Shown: positions 1 through 10,825, numbered from the stretch's first letter. The stretch: DNA of 64,000 nt from an uncultured Rivularia sp. (GCA_963665115.1 OY762007.1:7296001-7360000); one strand, 5' to 3'. The notes: a model not told the origin generated them from the letters alone. Numbers and translations are program-made.

Positions 1-23
1 CTGCGCTTAGGTAGATTAGAATA

Positions 24-86
24 TGCAAGTGCTGCTTACATTTATAAGTTAACAAAGATAAAATGAAAATGCAAGTAGTACTTGCA
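24..86. promoter_or_regulatory. Two 17-bp palindromic operator-like sites upstream of the TetR gene
   Basis: TGCAAGTGCTGCTTACA (24-40) and TGCAAGTAGTACTTGCA (70-86); the second has perfect 8-bp arms. TetR proteins typically autoregulate through such sites. Confidence 0.65.
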
Positions 87-142
87 CGACCTTTTTAATT
101 TCGTAGAAACCCGGTTTCTTAACCTTTAACCTTTAACCTTTA

Positions 143-1360
143 ATGTCTAATTCCCAAATAATTCCAACCCGACAACGAATAATTAATGCAGCAGTAGAGC
201 TATTTGCAGCTCAAGGAGTTACGGAAACTACTACTAAAGCAGTTGCAAAATCGGCGCAAGTTAATGAAGTTACATTGTTTCGACATTTCGGTAACAAACA
301 CGGGTTGCTTTTAGCGGTAATTTCCGAATCACCAGTATTTCAGGAATTGAGCGAATATTTAAAAACTCAAGCTACTCAAACAACTAGCGTCTACCAAGCT
401 TTAAAAAACTATTGTGAAGATCGCTTGCAGGCTTTAGAGCGATCGCCAGACTTAGTTCGCTCTGTGGTTGGAGAAGCGGGAAATTATCCTTTAGAAAATC
501 GTCAGGCATTGGGAAGAAGTTTGAAGGAAGCAAACCATTATGTTGCCGAATTTTTAGCGACGGTAATGGAAAGGGAGCAATTACACGCGGATTTACCACC
601 CCAAAAGTTAGCAAGTTTGATTAATATTATGCTGTTGGGGTATGCCGTAATTGAATTTACCAGTGAATTTCACGAATTTTGGCATAATAAAGATGATTTT
701 TTAGAGGATTTAGTAACTTTATTTTTGATGGGAGCTACTAATTCTACAAGTTTAGTTACTTCTTCGGAGTTAGTTCCTATAGAAAAAATAATCGATTTAC
801 CTTTCGTAACAGTTCAGTCGATTTTGCAGCGTGCCAAAAAATCTGGATTGCGAGATTATGCTTTAATTTATATTTTATTTGGAGCAGGTTTATCAACAGC
901 AGAAATTACTAATTTGGAGCGAAATCATCAAATTTGTGACACCAATCTACACTTATTACAAATAGTTAAAGGTAATGCTCGGCAAGTTTCAGTTAATCAA
1001 TGGATTATGGGAAAACGCTATGGTTCTTATACTAATAATCCATTAACTAAATACTTAAAAAATCGTAAAGACGAACATTCAGCATTATTGCTCAATAATG
1101 ATGGAATGCCTGTTTCTGAAGTGGATATACAGGAATATTGGCAAAAACTAACTGAAGAATTATCAACACCCGCAGGAGAAAAACCAGCTATCGAACAAGC
1201 TCAACATACCTGGTGCGTAGAAATGTTAATGAAAGGAATGAGCTTAGAAGATATGAGTTTAATTACAGGTTGGAGTTTGAGTAAATTGCAGCCTTATGCA
1301 CGTAGAGCTAAAGAAAAATTGGCTTTAGAACAAGCGATTAAGTTGGATAATAAATCATAA
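143..1360 (+). CDS. TetR-family regulator fused to a C-terminal degenerate tyrosine-recombinase-like domain
   Basis: N-terminal TetR HTH (TRQRIINAAVELF...VNEVTLFRHFGNK). C-terminal RDYALIYILFGAGLS..EI and QHTWCVEML..G....TGW......PY resemble integrase boxes I and II. Confidence 0.85.
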   Translation: MSNSQIIPTRQRIINAAVELFAAQGVTETTTKAVAKSAQVNEVTLFRHFGNKHGLLLAVISESPVFQELSEYLKTQATQTTSVYQALKNYCEDRLQALERSPDLVRSVVGEAGNYPLENRQALGRSLKEANHYVAEFLATVMEREQLHADLPPQKLASLINIMLLGYAVIEFTSEFHEFWHNKDDFLEDLVTLFLMGATNSTSLVTSSELVPIEKIIDLPFVTVQSILQRAKKSGLRDYALIYILFGAGLSTAEITNLERNHQICDTNLHLLQIVKGNARQVSVNQWIMGKRYGSYTNNPLTKYLKNRKDEHSALLLNNDGMPVSEVDIQEYWQKLTEELSTPAGEKPAIEQAQHTWCVEMLMKGMSLEDMSLITGWSLSKLQPYARRAKEKLALEQAIKLDNKS

Positions 1361-1428
1361 AAAAAATTCCCCCAATAAAAAGGAGGATTTTGATAGAAAC
1401 GAATTTTGAAATTCAAACTTTTCTAAGT

Positions 1429-2397
1429 TTATTTACGACCTAAATTCAATAATTCTTTAGGAGATGCAAGCATATCAATTGCGACGAAGAAAATTTGACC
1501 TTCGCCATTTACCAAAAAACGCCATGCAATATTCATTCCTACATTAGCTCCAAACCAAGGTGTTTCAACTACACCAGTGATTTTCAACTGCTTGGAACCG
1601 AAGGGGCCAGATTCAGAAATACCCTTTTTAGGCATCATGTTCAAACCTTGGGCTTCCTCACGCATATACTTGGCGATCGCCTCCTTACCAACGATTGGCT
1701 TGTGGAATGGTGGCTGTAGGGCACCATCTTCGGCAAACAAAGCTATAGCAGCATCAAAGTTATCCTCGTTCATCGCTTTGATATATTTGATTACCGCAGG
1801 CTCAGTAATACCATCTATGTTTACTTCTGGAACCTCAGCGTCATCATCGCGTTGGAAAATAGGCTCCGGGTTAGGTTTGGAGCTACTTGGCTTCATCTTA
1901 GAAGTATCAAATCCCATGTCTACCACAGTATTACGCAGCACGGTAATTTGCTGACCTGGGTCGAGTTTTTTGGTAGCTTCGAGGACTACTTTTACACCCT
2001 CAGACATTTGATAGTTAGGTGGAATAGGAGCAACAACTCCCTGCTTCATCAATTCTCCTAATTCAAACCAAAAAGCTAGCTTGGTATTAACGCTGAAGAA
2101 ACCATAGGAGCGGCTAATGGGTGAGTCAGAACGGTTAGCCAAATCCTGCATTACCTTAGTCTGTTCGTCGGCAGACATTTTCTTGATTTGATCGAGCAAA
2201 CTTTCTGCTAACTGCAATCTTGCTGCTCCTGGTGCTGCGGGGGTAATTGTTTTACCCATTTCGGTGTACGCATACCACAAGTAAGCTAGTTTGTCATCTA
2301 CACCAAGTTGATCAAATAGGGCGATGGTAGCGGGAATTTGACTAGGAAGTTGAGTTTCTTTGAAAATATTTTGAGCAGAATCTAAAGTTAAAGCCAT
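1429..2397 (-). CDS. ocp: Full-length orange carotenoid protein, OCPX/OCP3-like clade
   Basis: TITPAAPGAA, GQQITVLRNTVVDMGF, NTF2-like C-terminal domain with VETPWFG and MLASPKELL. Confidence 0.93.
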   Translation of the reverse strand: MALTLDSAQNIFKETQLPSQIPATIALFDQLGVDDKLAYLWYAYTEMGKTITPAAPGAARLQLAESLLDQIKKMSADEQTKVMQDLANRSDSPISRSYGFFSVNTKLAFWFELGELMKQGVVAPIPPNYQMSEGVKVVLEATKKLDPGQQITVLRNTVVDMGFDTSKMKPSSSKPNPEPIFQRDDDAEVPEVNIDGITEPAVIKYIKAMNEDNFDAAIALFAEDGALQPPFHKPIVGKEAIAKYMREEAQGLNMMPKKGISESGPFGSKQLKITGVVETPWFGANVGMNIAWRFLVNGEGQIFFVAIDMLASPKELLNLGRK

Positions 2398-3008
2398 GAT
2401 TTAAATTTCAATCTCCAATAAGTCTTTTTTTCTTAGTTAGCTACCAAAGATTCTTAAAGCAGATACACCCTGGCATCTCAAATTCATCGCGAACAAATAG
2501 TATGCTATAAGCTACAATCGCTATTTATTCCAGTTGCGACTGTTGAGTTTTTCTACGTAGTTAATTCAGCCAGTTTTAGGTATATCTTACGGATACATCT
2601 TCGGCTTAACGGCAAAGATTAAATAACACCTTTGATACTTAACAAGGTAACTACGTTCAGTCACAAAGCTTTCTCTTTACCGATTTAGCTTTCTGTAAAT
2701 TAGCCTACCATTTTATCTTTATTTTTGTAAAGTTTGTTTACAGTATGTATAGTATAAATAATTATGATAATAGATAGAAAGCTTGTATAGCAGTGGTTGT
2801 AGTAGCTTAACAATTCAGATAATTATTCTTGACAATTTTTGAAGACTTATATATATTTCGACATTAATCTAAAAGCTTGAGGGTAGGGCTTTGCAAAGCA
2901 AACAGGTAGTAACTTCACTTATATTCACATTTTGACACAAAAATCAAGCTACGGAAGTAATGAATTTACTTACAATAAAATTAAACTTTGTTGTAGGTAA
3001 AGAGCGTA

Positions 3009-3251
3009 ATGAAGAACATTAGAAACAATTCTTTAGCGACATACATCCGCAATTCTTTTGCTCTAGCGTGGTCAAAATTATCTGCTTTGAGTCAATCTGA
3101 AGTTAATACAAAGTATGAAGAATTAGAAAATTATCGATCGCAAGAGGATGAATCAACTATAAAATTGCAACAAGATTTACATCCTTATTTAATAGATAGA
3201 GTCGAACCATCAGTTAGCCATATTATTTTTTCATCTTATATTAGGTATTAA
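3009..3251 (+). CDS. Small hypothetical protein
   Basis: 80-aa ATG ORF in an intergenic gap; no motif recognised. Confidence 0.5.
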   Translation: MKNIRNNSLATYIRNSFALAWSKLSALSQSEVNTKYEELENYRSQEDESTIKLQQDLHPYLIDRVEPSVSHIIFSSYIRY

Positions 3252-3261
3252 AATTAATTAT

Positions 3262-3471
3262 TTAATAAAATTTTTCATCTATCCATTGCTTTGATTTCCT
3301 GATAGCTTCAGTTGGATTTATCGCATAAGGTACGGCGATCGCGCAACCTTTATCATAATTTACCCAAGCAGCATAAATATCTTGTTCATTAAATTTATCG
3401 CGTTCAATCTGGATTTTGCATTGGCGATAAGTAAAAGACATGATAATTTTTGGGTAATGAGGTTCTATCAT
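3262..3471 (-). CDS. Small hypothetical protein (ORF open to 3540; likely start ATG 3471)
   Basis: Globular-looking sequence SFTYRQCKIQIE...YAAWVNY..GCAIAVPYA. Confidence 0.6.
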   Translation of the reverse strand: MIEPHYPKIIMSFTYRQCKIQIERDKFNEQDIYAAWVNYDKGCAIAVPYAINPTEAIRKSKQWIDEKFY

Positions 3472-3626
3472 TAATTTTGTGCTGCTATTACTTTTGTTGT
3501 CAATATAAGATAGGGGAAAATGTTTATGTAGGGATTTCAATTCTATGTCTTTACATATTCCCTATTTAAGAATATAAAAAAGCTGCAAATTGGGCGAGTA
3601 AAAACCCACCCAAAGTTAATCAAAAA

Positions 3627-4226
3627 CTATGCTGCTGCCATATTTTGAGCAACAAAATCCCAATTAACTAACTTACCCAAAAAGTCATCGATGTAAGCGG
3701 GACGTTTGTTTTGATAATCTAAATAATAAGCGTGTTCCCAGACATCCATTGTTAATAAAGGAGTTTGTCCGTTAGCTAAAGGATTATCAGCATTGAGGGT
3801 TTTTGTAACTTTTAAAGTACCGTTATCTAGCACTAACCAAGCCCAACCACTACCAAACTGAGTCGCTCCAGCAGACTTGAAAGCTTCAACAAATTTATCG
3901 TAACCGCCCAAATCAGCATCAATTTTTTTAGCTAAATCTCCCCCAGGAGTGCCACCACCATTCGGCTTCATACATTGCCAGTAAAAAGTATGATTCCAAG
4001 CTTGAGCAGCGTTGTTAAAAAGTCCTTGCTTTTCGGAATTTCCAGCAATTTCTTTGATTACTTCTTCAATTGATTTTTTATCTAATTCTGTTCCCCTGAC
4101 TGCATCATTGTACTTACTTACATAAGATGCATGATGCTTATCGTGATGAAATTCTAAAGTACTTTTAGAAATAGCAGGTTCTAAAGCCGTGTAGTCATAG
4201 GGAAGAGATGGTAATTCGTATCCCAT
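3627..4226 (-). CDS. sodB: Fe superoxide dismutase
   Basis: HHDKHH, FNNAAQAWNH (Fe-type), FGSGWAWL, DVWEHAYY. Confidence 0.96.
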   Translation of the reverse strand: MGYELPSLPYDYTALEPAISKSTLEFHHDKHHASYVSKYNDAVRGTELDKKSIEEVIKEIAGNSEKQGLFNNAAQAWNHTFYWQCMKPNGGGTPGGDLAKKIDADLGGYDKFVEAFKSAGATQFGSGWAWLVLDNGTLKVTKTLNADNPLANGQTPLLTMDVWEHAYYLDYQNKRPAYIDDFLGKLVNWDFVAQNMAAA

Positions 4227-4523
4227 TAATATTGTCCTCTGTTAATATCTCTCTTGGAACGTTTTAGAAGTTAAGGTTATTTCTTAAAAACCCCAAAAGT
4301 AGTCAAAATTAAAACTACGTCAACTTCCTTGCGTTCAGATAATATCGCAACGTCGGTCAATGTGAAATCCTCATCCAGGGGATGGGGAATTTGTAGATGT
4401 ATAAATAGATTAATGAGTAAATATATCTTTGGAGTGAAGTATTTTTTTCTAATATACCATTATTGATAGTTACACAATTTAATCAACTATCCATTCGGAT
4501 AATAAATGAACAAAGAACCCAGT

Positions 4524-4832
4524 CTAAAAAATAATAAACGTTATTATCCATATCCCAGTCGTAGCTATGAAACGTATTAACCTAGAACTTCCTCTGTAAC
4601 GTACTTGTTGAGCAAAGATAAAAGCAACATTAGTAGATAACAAAAATGCCAACAACTTAGCTCCTAATAACCAATCATCCTCAGTCACACCAAAAAGCCA
4701 GCGTACTTTAGTACCAGCATTTGCGCCATTAGGCTGAAAGCTTGGATCTCGCAGCAGTGAAACTTGGTACACAAGAATAAACCAACCTACAACTAAAAGC
4801 AGGGAAAAGCCAAGACTTATAAATTGAATCAT
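4524..4832 (-). CDS. Hypothetical membrane protein
   Basis: 102 aa with three hydrophobic segments. Confidence 0.55.
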   Translation of the reverse strand: MIQFISLGFSLLLVVGWFILVYQVSLLRDPSFQPNGANAGTKVRWLFGVTEDDWLLGAKLLAFLLSTNVAFIFAQQVRYRGSSRLIRFIATTGIWIITFIIF

Positions 4833-4981
4833 TTTCTGATAGCTCCATTAGGAGTAGCAGCATAAGGTACCTCGGCGCTCCTCTACATTACAAAAACGGG
4901 TGTCGATCAACACATAATTAGGTTGTGATTTCACATTGTTGGAGACGTAGCACTGCGCCCCGTCTCTACATAGTTTTTATA

Positions 4982-7697
4982 TTAAATCGGAAAATTATTA
5001 TTTAAAAAATCCTCTGCACTACTCTTATCCTTAACCTCCCCATCCAAAGTAGCCGCTAATAAATCATCCAAAATTTGCTTATATTGTGGCCCCCGGTTTG
5101 TAACCCATTTTTTTCAAATCGTTACCATTTAAAGGTGCTTCTATATTTGATAAAACCGTCAGATAATGCCAAATTTGTTTTCTAATTTTTCGCGAGCTTT
5201 GCAATGCGATAAAAATCAACATTGGTAAATCGTATTTCCGCAATAATTTAACAACTTCCGAAGGCTTATTGCATTTATCTAAATTTTCTAAAACATTATT
5301 CTTTGCTGCTGCTAAATTTTCCAACCTCTTAATACTGTCATCTGGAAATTGTAGATTTTTCGCTACCTTTCCGCGATATTCTGCGGCTAAATGAACCACA
5401 ATAACTTCCAAACGCATCTGCCAATGGGTAAATCTTTGCTCTTTAGAATCAAATTTTTGCAAACAACGCTCCATTAAATGCGATTGTCTGAGTAAATCTT
5501 CATCTAATTTCAAAGTCGGATGAATGCACTGCAAAGCATCCAATTCACTCAACATTCTTAAAGCTGGTTTCCAATAGGAAGTTTGTAAAATGTATTTTAA
5601 TTCCGACTTCAAACGAGTTTGTAAAGCTGGTGTTTTAGAATTTTCTTGGGCTGTACGGATATAAACGCCGCTTTCTATTGCGTAGCGAATATACTCTTCT
5701 GTTTGCTTTTCTAGATGAAAACCCAAACGTACTGCAAAACGCACGGCGCGGTAAATCCTTGTTGGATCTTCGATAAAGCTGTTGGCGTGTAAAACTCGAA
5801 TTTGTTTCGCTTGTAAATCTAATAACCCACCGAAAAAATCTAATAGTTTACCTGGATTCGGAGGAGTTAACCGCAAAGCCAAAGCATTAATACTAAAATC
5901 GCGGCGATATAAATCTTGACGAATCGAACTTGCTTCAACTACCGGATTTGCGGCTGGGTAAGGATAAAATTCCGTTCTTGCTGTAGCGATATCTATACAT
6001 AGCGAATCTAACTTTGGATCGTTGTGCCATGACAAAGCAGCAGTTTGAAAATCACCGTGGACATCCAAACGCGCACCGGGATAAATTTGCTGAATCGCCG
6101 AAGCCAACTCCACACCAGCACCAACATCGGCTGCATTATGAAAACCATCAACCACCATATCAATATCTGGAAGCAGCAAAGGCTCATCGGGATTCGCCAA
6201 CAATAAATCCCGCACAGCACCACCAACTATATATAAATGCCAGCCTCGCTGCTCTGCTTCTGAGGATACTTTTTCCAGAAATTGCCATAAAACTGGCTCT
6301 AATCGGTTACGTAAATCATCCAATGTCGGAGTTTTTAAATTATCCTTTTCTTCTGCTTTCTCCTCAACATTTTCTTGATGCAATTCCCGTAAAACATCGG
6401 TACGAGTTACAATTCCCAGCAACTTCCTATCTTCCAAAACTGGTAAACGCCCGATATCATGAGTCACCATTAACGATTTTATTTCCGGTAATTCAGCATC
6501 TGGTGAAATCGTCTTGAGATTCTTTGACATATAGCCTTTCACCGGAGCGTGAGCAAAACCGTGGTGCAAAGCAATATCCAAATCGCGGCGAGAAATTATC
6601 CCAACTAAATCACCAGAAGTATCAACTACCGATAAACCAGAATGTCCGTAACGCAACAAAATTCGATGCGCTTCCTCAATCGTGGTATCTGGTGGAATAG
6701 TACGCACCGGAGAAGACATTAAATCTCTTGCTGTAGGTGGATGTGGAATTGTTTTTTTCAACTCTTCAATAAGTTGGCTGATTATTTCTTGGGAATTTAC
6801 ATCCTTTAAACTTACAGAAGCAGCTTTACTATGACCACCACCACCTAAAGGTGCGAAAATATCATTTAGATTAGTTTGAGAAATTTGCGATCGCGAAGCA
6901 TCTCTCAAAGAGCATCGCGCTATTACCGACAAACGATTACCGCTTTTTTTCTGATATTCGTGAGCCAATAATAAAGCGTCAATTTCCATCAACTCAATCA
7001 ACTCAGACGCTAAATCCGATAAACCACGAACAAAATCATCAGTTTTGAGAATTACCCAGCCAATTTTGTAACCGCGTACTTTTTCAGTTTGAATATCTTC
7101 TAAAGCAATTTTCAATAACTCTTGCAACTGTGGAGACAAACCTGGCTCAATATATTCAGCAACCACCGACAAACTAGCACCCTGCTGCATCAACCAAGCC
7201 AAAGCCAAAGCATCTTCCGCTGTCGTATGGCTGTAAGTTAAAGAACCCGTGTCAACATGGATACCCAAAGCCATCACAGTAGCTTCTGTAGAAGTTAGAG
7301 AAATATTCTGTTTTTGTAATTCTTGTACAACTAAAGTAGTCGCAGCACCCACTGGATGAATATGAGACTCTGTAGCCGGGATATCCAGCGTTTGTTCTAA
7401 ATGATGATCGTAAACAATTACTTTTTCAACATTCGGTAAATCGAACCATTCCGCAGCCTTTCCTAAACGGTTGCGCTGCTGAGTATCAACCACAGCCAAA
7501 CAGCGAATATCTTCAGTAATTACCGCACGTCGTTCGATTAGCGGATATTCATCCTTATGAAGCGCCAAAAAATCCTTAACCGTGGGATGAGAGCCACCAG
7601 GTAAAACGATTTTGCTACCCTCAAGTAACCGCGTCAACCCCACCGCAGCCCCTAGCGTATCAAAATCTGCTGTTATGTGGCATAGAATTAAATTCAT
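4982..7697 (-). CDS. cca: tRNA nucleotidyltransferase (A-adding/CCA type) with DHH and CBS domains; +1 frameshift near the 3' end
   Basis: DFDTLGA, YDHH, GGGH, two CBS domains, VGGAVRD, DLYRRDF, EDPTRI. Removing one C at 5090-5094 extends the ORF as KPGPQYKQILDDLLAATLDGEV... to a stop at 4982. Confidence 0.9.
6887..6918. mobile_element. 24-nt small dispersed repeat inserted in frame at a HIP1 site in cca
   Basis: GCGATCGC-GAAGCATCTCTCAAAGAGC-ATCGC adds CSLRDASR to the protein; same architecture as 35483-35514. Confidence 0.7.
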
Positions 7698-7746
7698 CTC
7701 GTTGGTGTTTGGGAAGGGGTTTATTTATTTTAAATCTTAATTGATG

Positions 7747-7799
7747 CCCTCAGACTATAAGTCTGGGGCTACACAAACAAAGCCCACCTGCGTGGGCTA
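7747..7799. repeat. REP-like hairpin element; inverted copy at 9130-9176
   Basis: GGCTACACAAACAAAGCCCACCTGCGTGGGCT vs reverse complement of AACCCACGAAGGTGGGTTTTGCTTGTGTAGCC. Confidence 0.7.
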
Positions 7800-7823
7800 T
7801 CAGAGAATTAATTTTATTGCTTT

Positions 7824-7861
7824 GTAGGTTGGGTGCAGCGAAGCGGAACCCAACATTATGC
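7824..7861 (+). repeat. GTAG-type REP-like element GTAGGTTGGGT..ACCCAACA; copies at 8539, 9094 (partial), 9249-9317 (inverted), ~40726-40744 (half)
   Basis: Direct sequence comparison. Confidence 0.75.
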
Positions 7862-7923
7862 AAGTAGAAAGTTAAACTAAATAATTAAATCTAAAACAAA
7901 TATTTCTATTTGTAAATTGAATT

Positions 7924-8514
7924 ATGGAGTTGAGCGAATTGTTAAAAAAGTATGAGGCTGGAGAAAGAGAATTCATTGATGTTGAAGATTTATCTGACAG
8001 TTGTTTGGATGGAATGAATTTAAAAAACATTAGTTTAATTGGCGCTGATTTAAATCATGCTAGTTTGATAGACGCTAATCTGAGCGATGCAAATTTGAGC
8101 GGTGCTAACTTGAGTTACGCTGATTTTAGAGGAGCTAATTTGGCTGATGCTAATTTGAAAGGTGCCAATTTAAGCAAAGCTGACATGATCGATAGCTGCT
8201 TGGCATACGCGAAGCTAGAAAATGCTATCTTAACTCGTGCTAACCTTAGTTGCGCTTGCTTGTATAATGCGAATTTAATTAATTCTGACTTAACTTATAC
8301 TGACCTTACTTTTACCATTCTTCACAACGCCACTATCAATAATGCTGATTTAACTAGGGCTGATATTCGTGGTGCTGCAATGTCTCAAACTCGTTTATAT
8401 GAAGCTAATTTAACTGAATGTAACTTCAGGAAAGCCCGTATGTATGACGTTAGATTTGAAGGTGTTATTTTTTGTAATACTACAATGTCTGATGGAAGTG
8501 TCAGGAATAGTTAA
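7924..8514 (+). CDS. Pentapeptide repeat protein
   Basis: ELLKKYEAGEREF N-terminus, A(N/D)Lxx repeats, FCNTTMSDGS C-terminus. Confidence 0.93.
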   Translation: MELSELLKKYEAGEREFIDVEDLSDSCLDGMNLKNISLIGADLNHASLIDANLSDANLSGANLSYADFRGANLADANLKGANLSKADMIDSCLAYAKLENAILTRANLSCACLYNANLINSDLTYTDLTFTILHNATINNADLTRADIRGAAMSQTRLYEANLTECNFRKARMYDVRFEGVIFCNTTMSDGSVRNS

Positions 8515-8611
8515 TTTGTAGTCAGGAATAGTTAATTTGTAGGTTGGGTTGAGGAACGAAACCCAACATTATGCGAAAATCAACCTTTAATTTGTTTTGC
8601 GGGTTAGAGTT

Positions 8612-9077
8612 ATGGCTACTAGAAAAAGTATGGAAGCTGAGGAGTTATTGCGGCGTTATGCTTCGGGAGAGAGAGATTTTTCCGGCATTAAACTTGAGTA
8701 TACTGATGAGTTGTCTGATGCCAATTTGAGCGGGGTTAATTTGAGTAATTCCTTTATTGACGAACTTTTCTTGCAGGGAATCAATTTGAGTGGAGCCAAT
8801 TTAAAAGAAAGCGATTTTGGTCAAACTTGTCTGCGAGGAGCTAATTTGCGAGGTGCTGATTTTACTGATGCCGATCTCAGCCATGCCAATCTTGATAGCG
8901 CTGATTTGACTGGTGCTAAGCTGACTAACGCTTATATCCGAACCACTAATATGACTAGTGCGAACTTTACTGATGCTGATTTAAGTGGAACTGAGTTTAT
9001 TAAAGCAAATGTTGAACATTCCATTTTTTGTAGAAACCATCATGCCAGATGGAAGTATTTACGATGGAAATATTTGA
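8612..9077 (+). CDS. Pentapeptide repeat protein; +1 frameshift near the 3' end
   Basis: EELLRRYASGERDF and pentapeptide repeats. Removing one base at 9024-9036 gives the family C-terminus ...TIMPDGSIYDGNI*. Confidence 0.88.
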
Positions 9078-9379
9078 ATTAATTGTTAAGTTTGTAGGTT
9101 GGGTTGAGAACGTTCACCGTCAGGTAATTAACCCACGAAGGTGGGTTTTGCTTGTGTAGCCGCGATTTCAATCGCCAGGTATTATTACACCTACCCAACT
9201 TAATTCATAAATGTATTTAGGATTATCTCATAAAACCCAAAACCCGGATGTTGGGTTACGGCGCATTTACATTTCACGCAATTAATATAAATTATTCGTG
9301 CGTCTAACCCAACCTACAATTATTTATACTCTTGTGGGGTAGGCATCCCTGCCTGCTCTAATTTAACTTCTAATAAAAA

Positions 9380-9871
9380 TTACCCAACCCTCAACCCTAA
9401 TATCACCAACCCACGCTCTACACCATCAAGCTCTGCAATACCCGGCAAATCTCCCCAACGTTGAAAACCGAATTTTTCAAACAGTTTCAAACTCGCTTGA
9501 TTATGTTCAAAAATAAATCCAATCAAGGTTTTCAATCCCAAATTTGGACTTTGACGAATTGCTTCTGCTAACAATTGCTTTCCTAAACCGCGACGCTGAT
9601 AATTTGAGGCTATATAAATACTTACTTCGGCTGTTGCGTGATAAGCTGGTCTTCCGTAAAAAGGCTGAAAACTCAACCATCCAGCAATTACATCTCCGAT
9701 TTCTATTACCCAAAGAGGATGTTTTACGGGAGAACGTTTGTTAAACCAATTCACGCGACTCCTTACAGATACTGGCTCTAAATCCGCTGTAGCCATACGG
9801 CTGGGAATTGAAGCGTTGTATATTGCCACAATCGCGTGTAAATCATTTTCAGTCGCATGACGGATAATCAT
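9380..9871 (-). CDS. GNAT acetyltransferase (phosphinothricin/YncA-like)
   Basis: AIVAIYN, RPAYHATAEVSIY, QRRGLGKQLL, NQASLKLFEKFGF. Confidence 0.9.
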   Translation of the reverse strand: MIIRHATENDLHAIVAIYNASIPSRMATADLEPVSVRSRVNWFNKRSPVKHPLWVIEIGDVIAGWLSFQPFYGRPAYHATAEVSIYIASNYQRRGLGKQLLAEAIRQSPNLGLKTLIGFIFEHNQASLKLFEKFGFQRWGDLPGIAELDGVERGLVILGLRVG

Positions 9872-9929
9872 TTGGGGTTTATGAACGACAATATGAAGAA
9901 ATGATACAGAAAAATTGATAGTATTTGTT

Positions 9930-10730
9930 ATGCCTAGTGCAATTATTACAGGTGGTTCTCAAGGAATTGGTAAAGCGACGGCTCTTTTGTTTGCCCGCAA
10001 AGGATACGATTTGGTAATAAGTGCGCGATCGCCAGAAGTCTTGGAAGCAACGGCGGCGGAAGTTCGGGCAATTGGAACTAAAGTACTGGCTATTCCTTGC
10101 GATGTAAGCCAGGAAGCGGAAGTAAATAACTTAATATCAAAGGCTTTAGAATATTTTGGCAGCATTGATGTTTTAATCAATAATGCTGGAGTTTGCATGA
10201 CTGGCCCCATTGAAAACACTTCTTTAAGCGATTGGCATCGAGTCATTGACGTAAATCTCTGGGGATATATTCATACAGTTCATGCAATTTTACCGCATTT
10301 TTTAGCCCGTGGTGCTGGAACAATTGTCAATGTAGGTTCTATTGGTGGTAAATTACCTTTACCAGAAATGACCGTTTACTGTACCAGCAAGTACGCGATT
10401 ACCGGGTTGACGGAAACTTTGCGAATCGAATTAAAACCGAAAGGTGTTCATGTGGGTGCGGTACATCCGAGCGCTACTGACAGTAATTTTATGGAAAGAG
10501 CGCAATTTCGCGGAAGTAGCGAACAGGAAGCAGAAAAACGCCGCAATTCCATGAGTAGTTTTTTAAAATCTCCAGCAGCGAGCAAACCAGAAGATGTCGC
10601 CGATGCAGTTTGGGATGCAGTTAAACACCAAAAAGATGAAGTTGTAGTTGGTTCGGGTTCGTTTATGTCAGCCGCTTATAAATTCTTCCCTGGCTTAATG
10701 CAGTTCGCGATGCAGACATCTAAACAGTGA
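9930..10730 (+). CDS. SDR-family oxidoreductase
   Basis: TGGSQGIG, NNAG, YCTSK. Confidence 0.92.
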   Translation: MPSAIITGGSQGIGKATALLFARKGYDLVISARSPEVLEATAAEVRAIGTKVLAIPCDVSQEAEVNNLISKALEYFGSIDVLINNAGVCMTGPIENTSLSDWHRVIDVNLWGYIHTVHAILPHFLARGAGTIVNVGSIGGKLPLPEMTVYCTSKYAITGLTETLRIELKPKGVHVGAVHPSATDSNFMERAQFRGSSEQEAEKRRNSMSSFLKSPAASKPEDVADAVWDAVKHQKDEVVVGSGSFMSAAYKFFPGLMQFAMQTSKQ

Positions 10731-10825
10731 ACAGTTACCAGTTAACAATTATCAGTGATATTGGAAGGTGATGAACCGCACCCTCTAGGTGAATGTATAT
10801 TTAGTCCTCTGAAGAGGACTTTTGT

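Noticed and set aside
143..1360. Active integrase marking a genomic island
   Set aside because: Catalytic Arg/His residues are missing; no att sites or mobile cargo; neighbours are ordinary chromosomal genes
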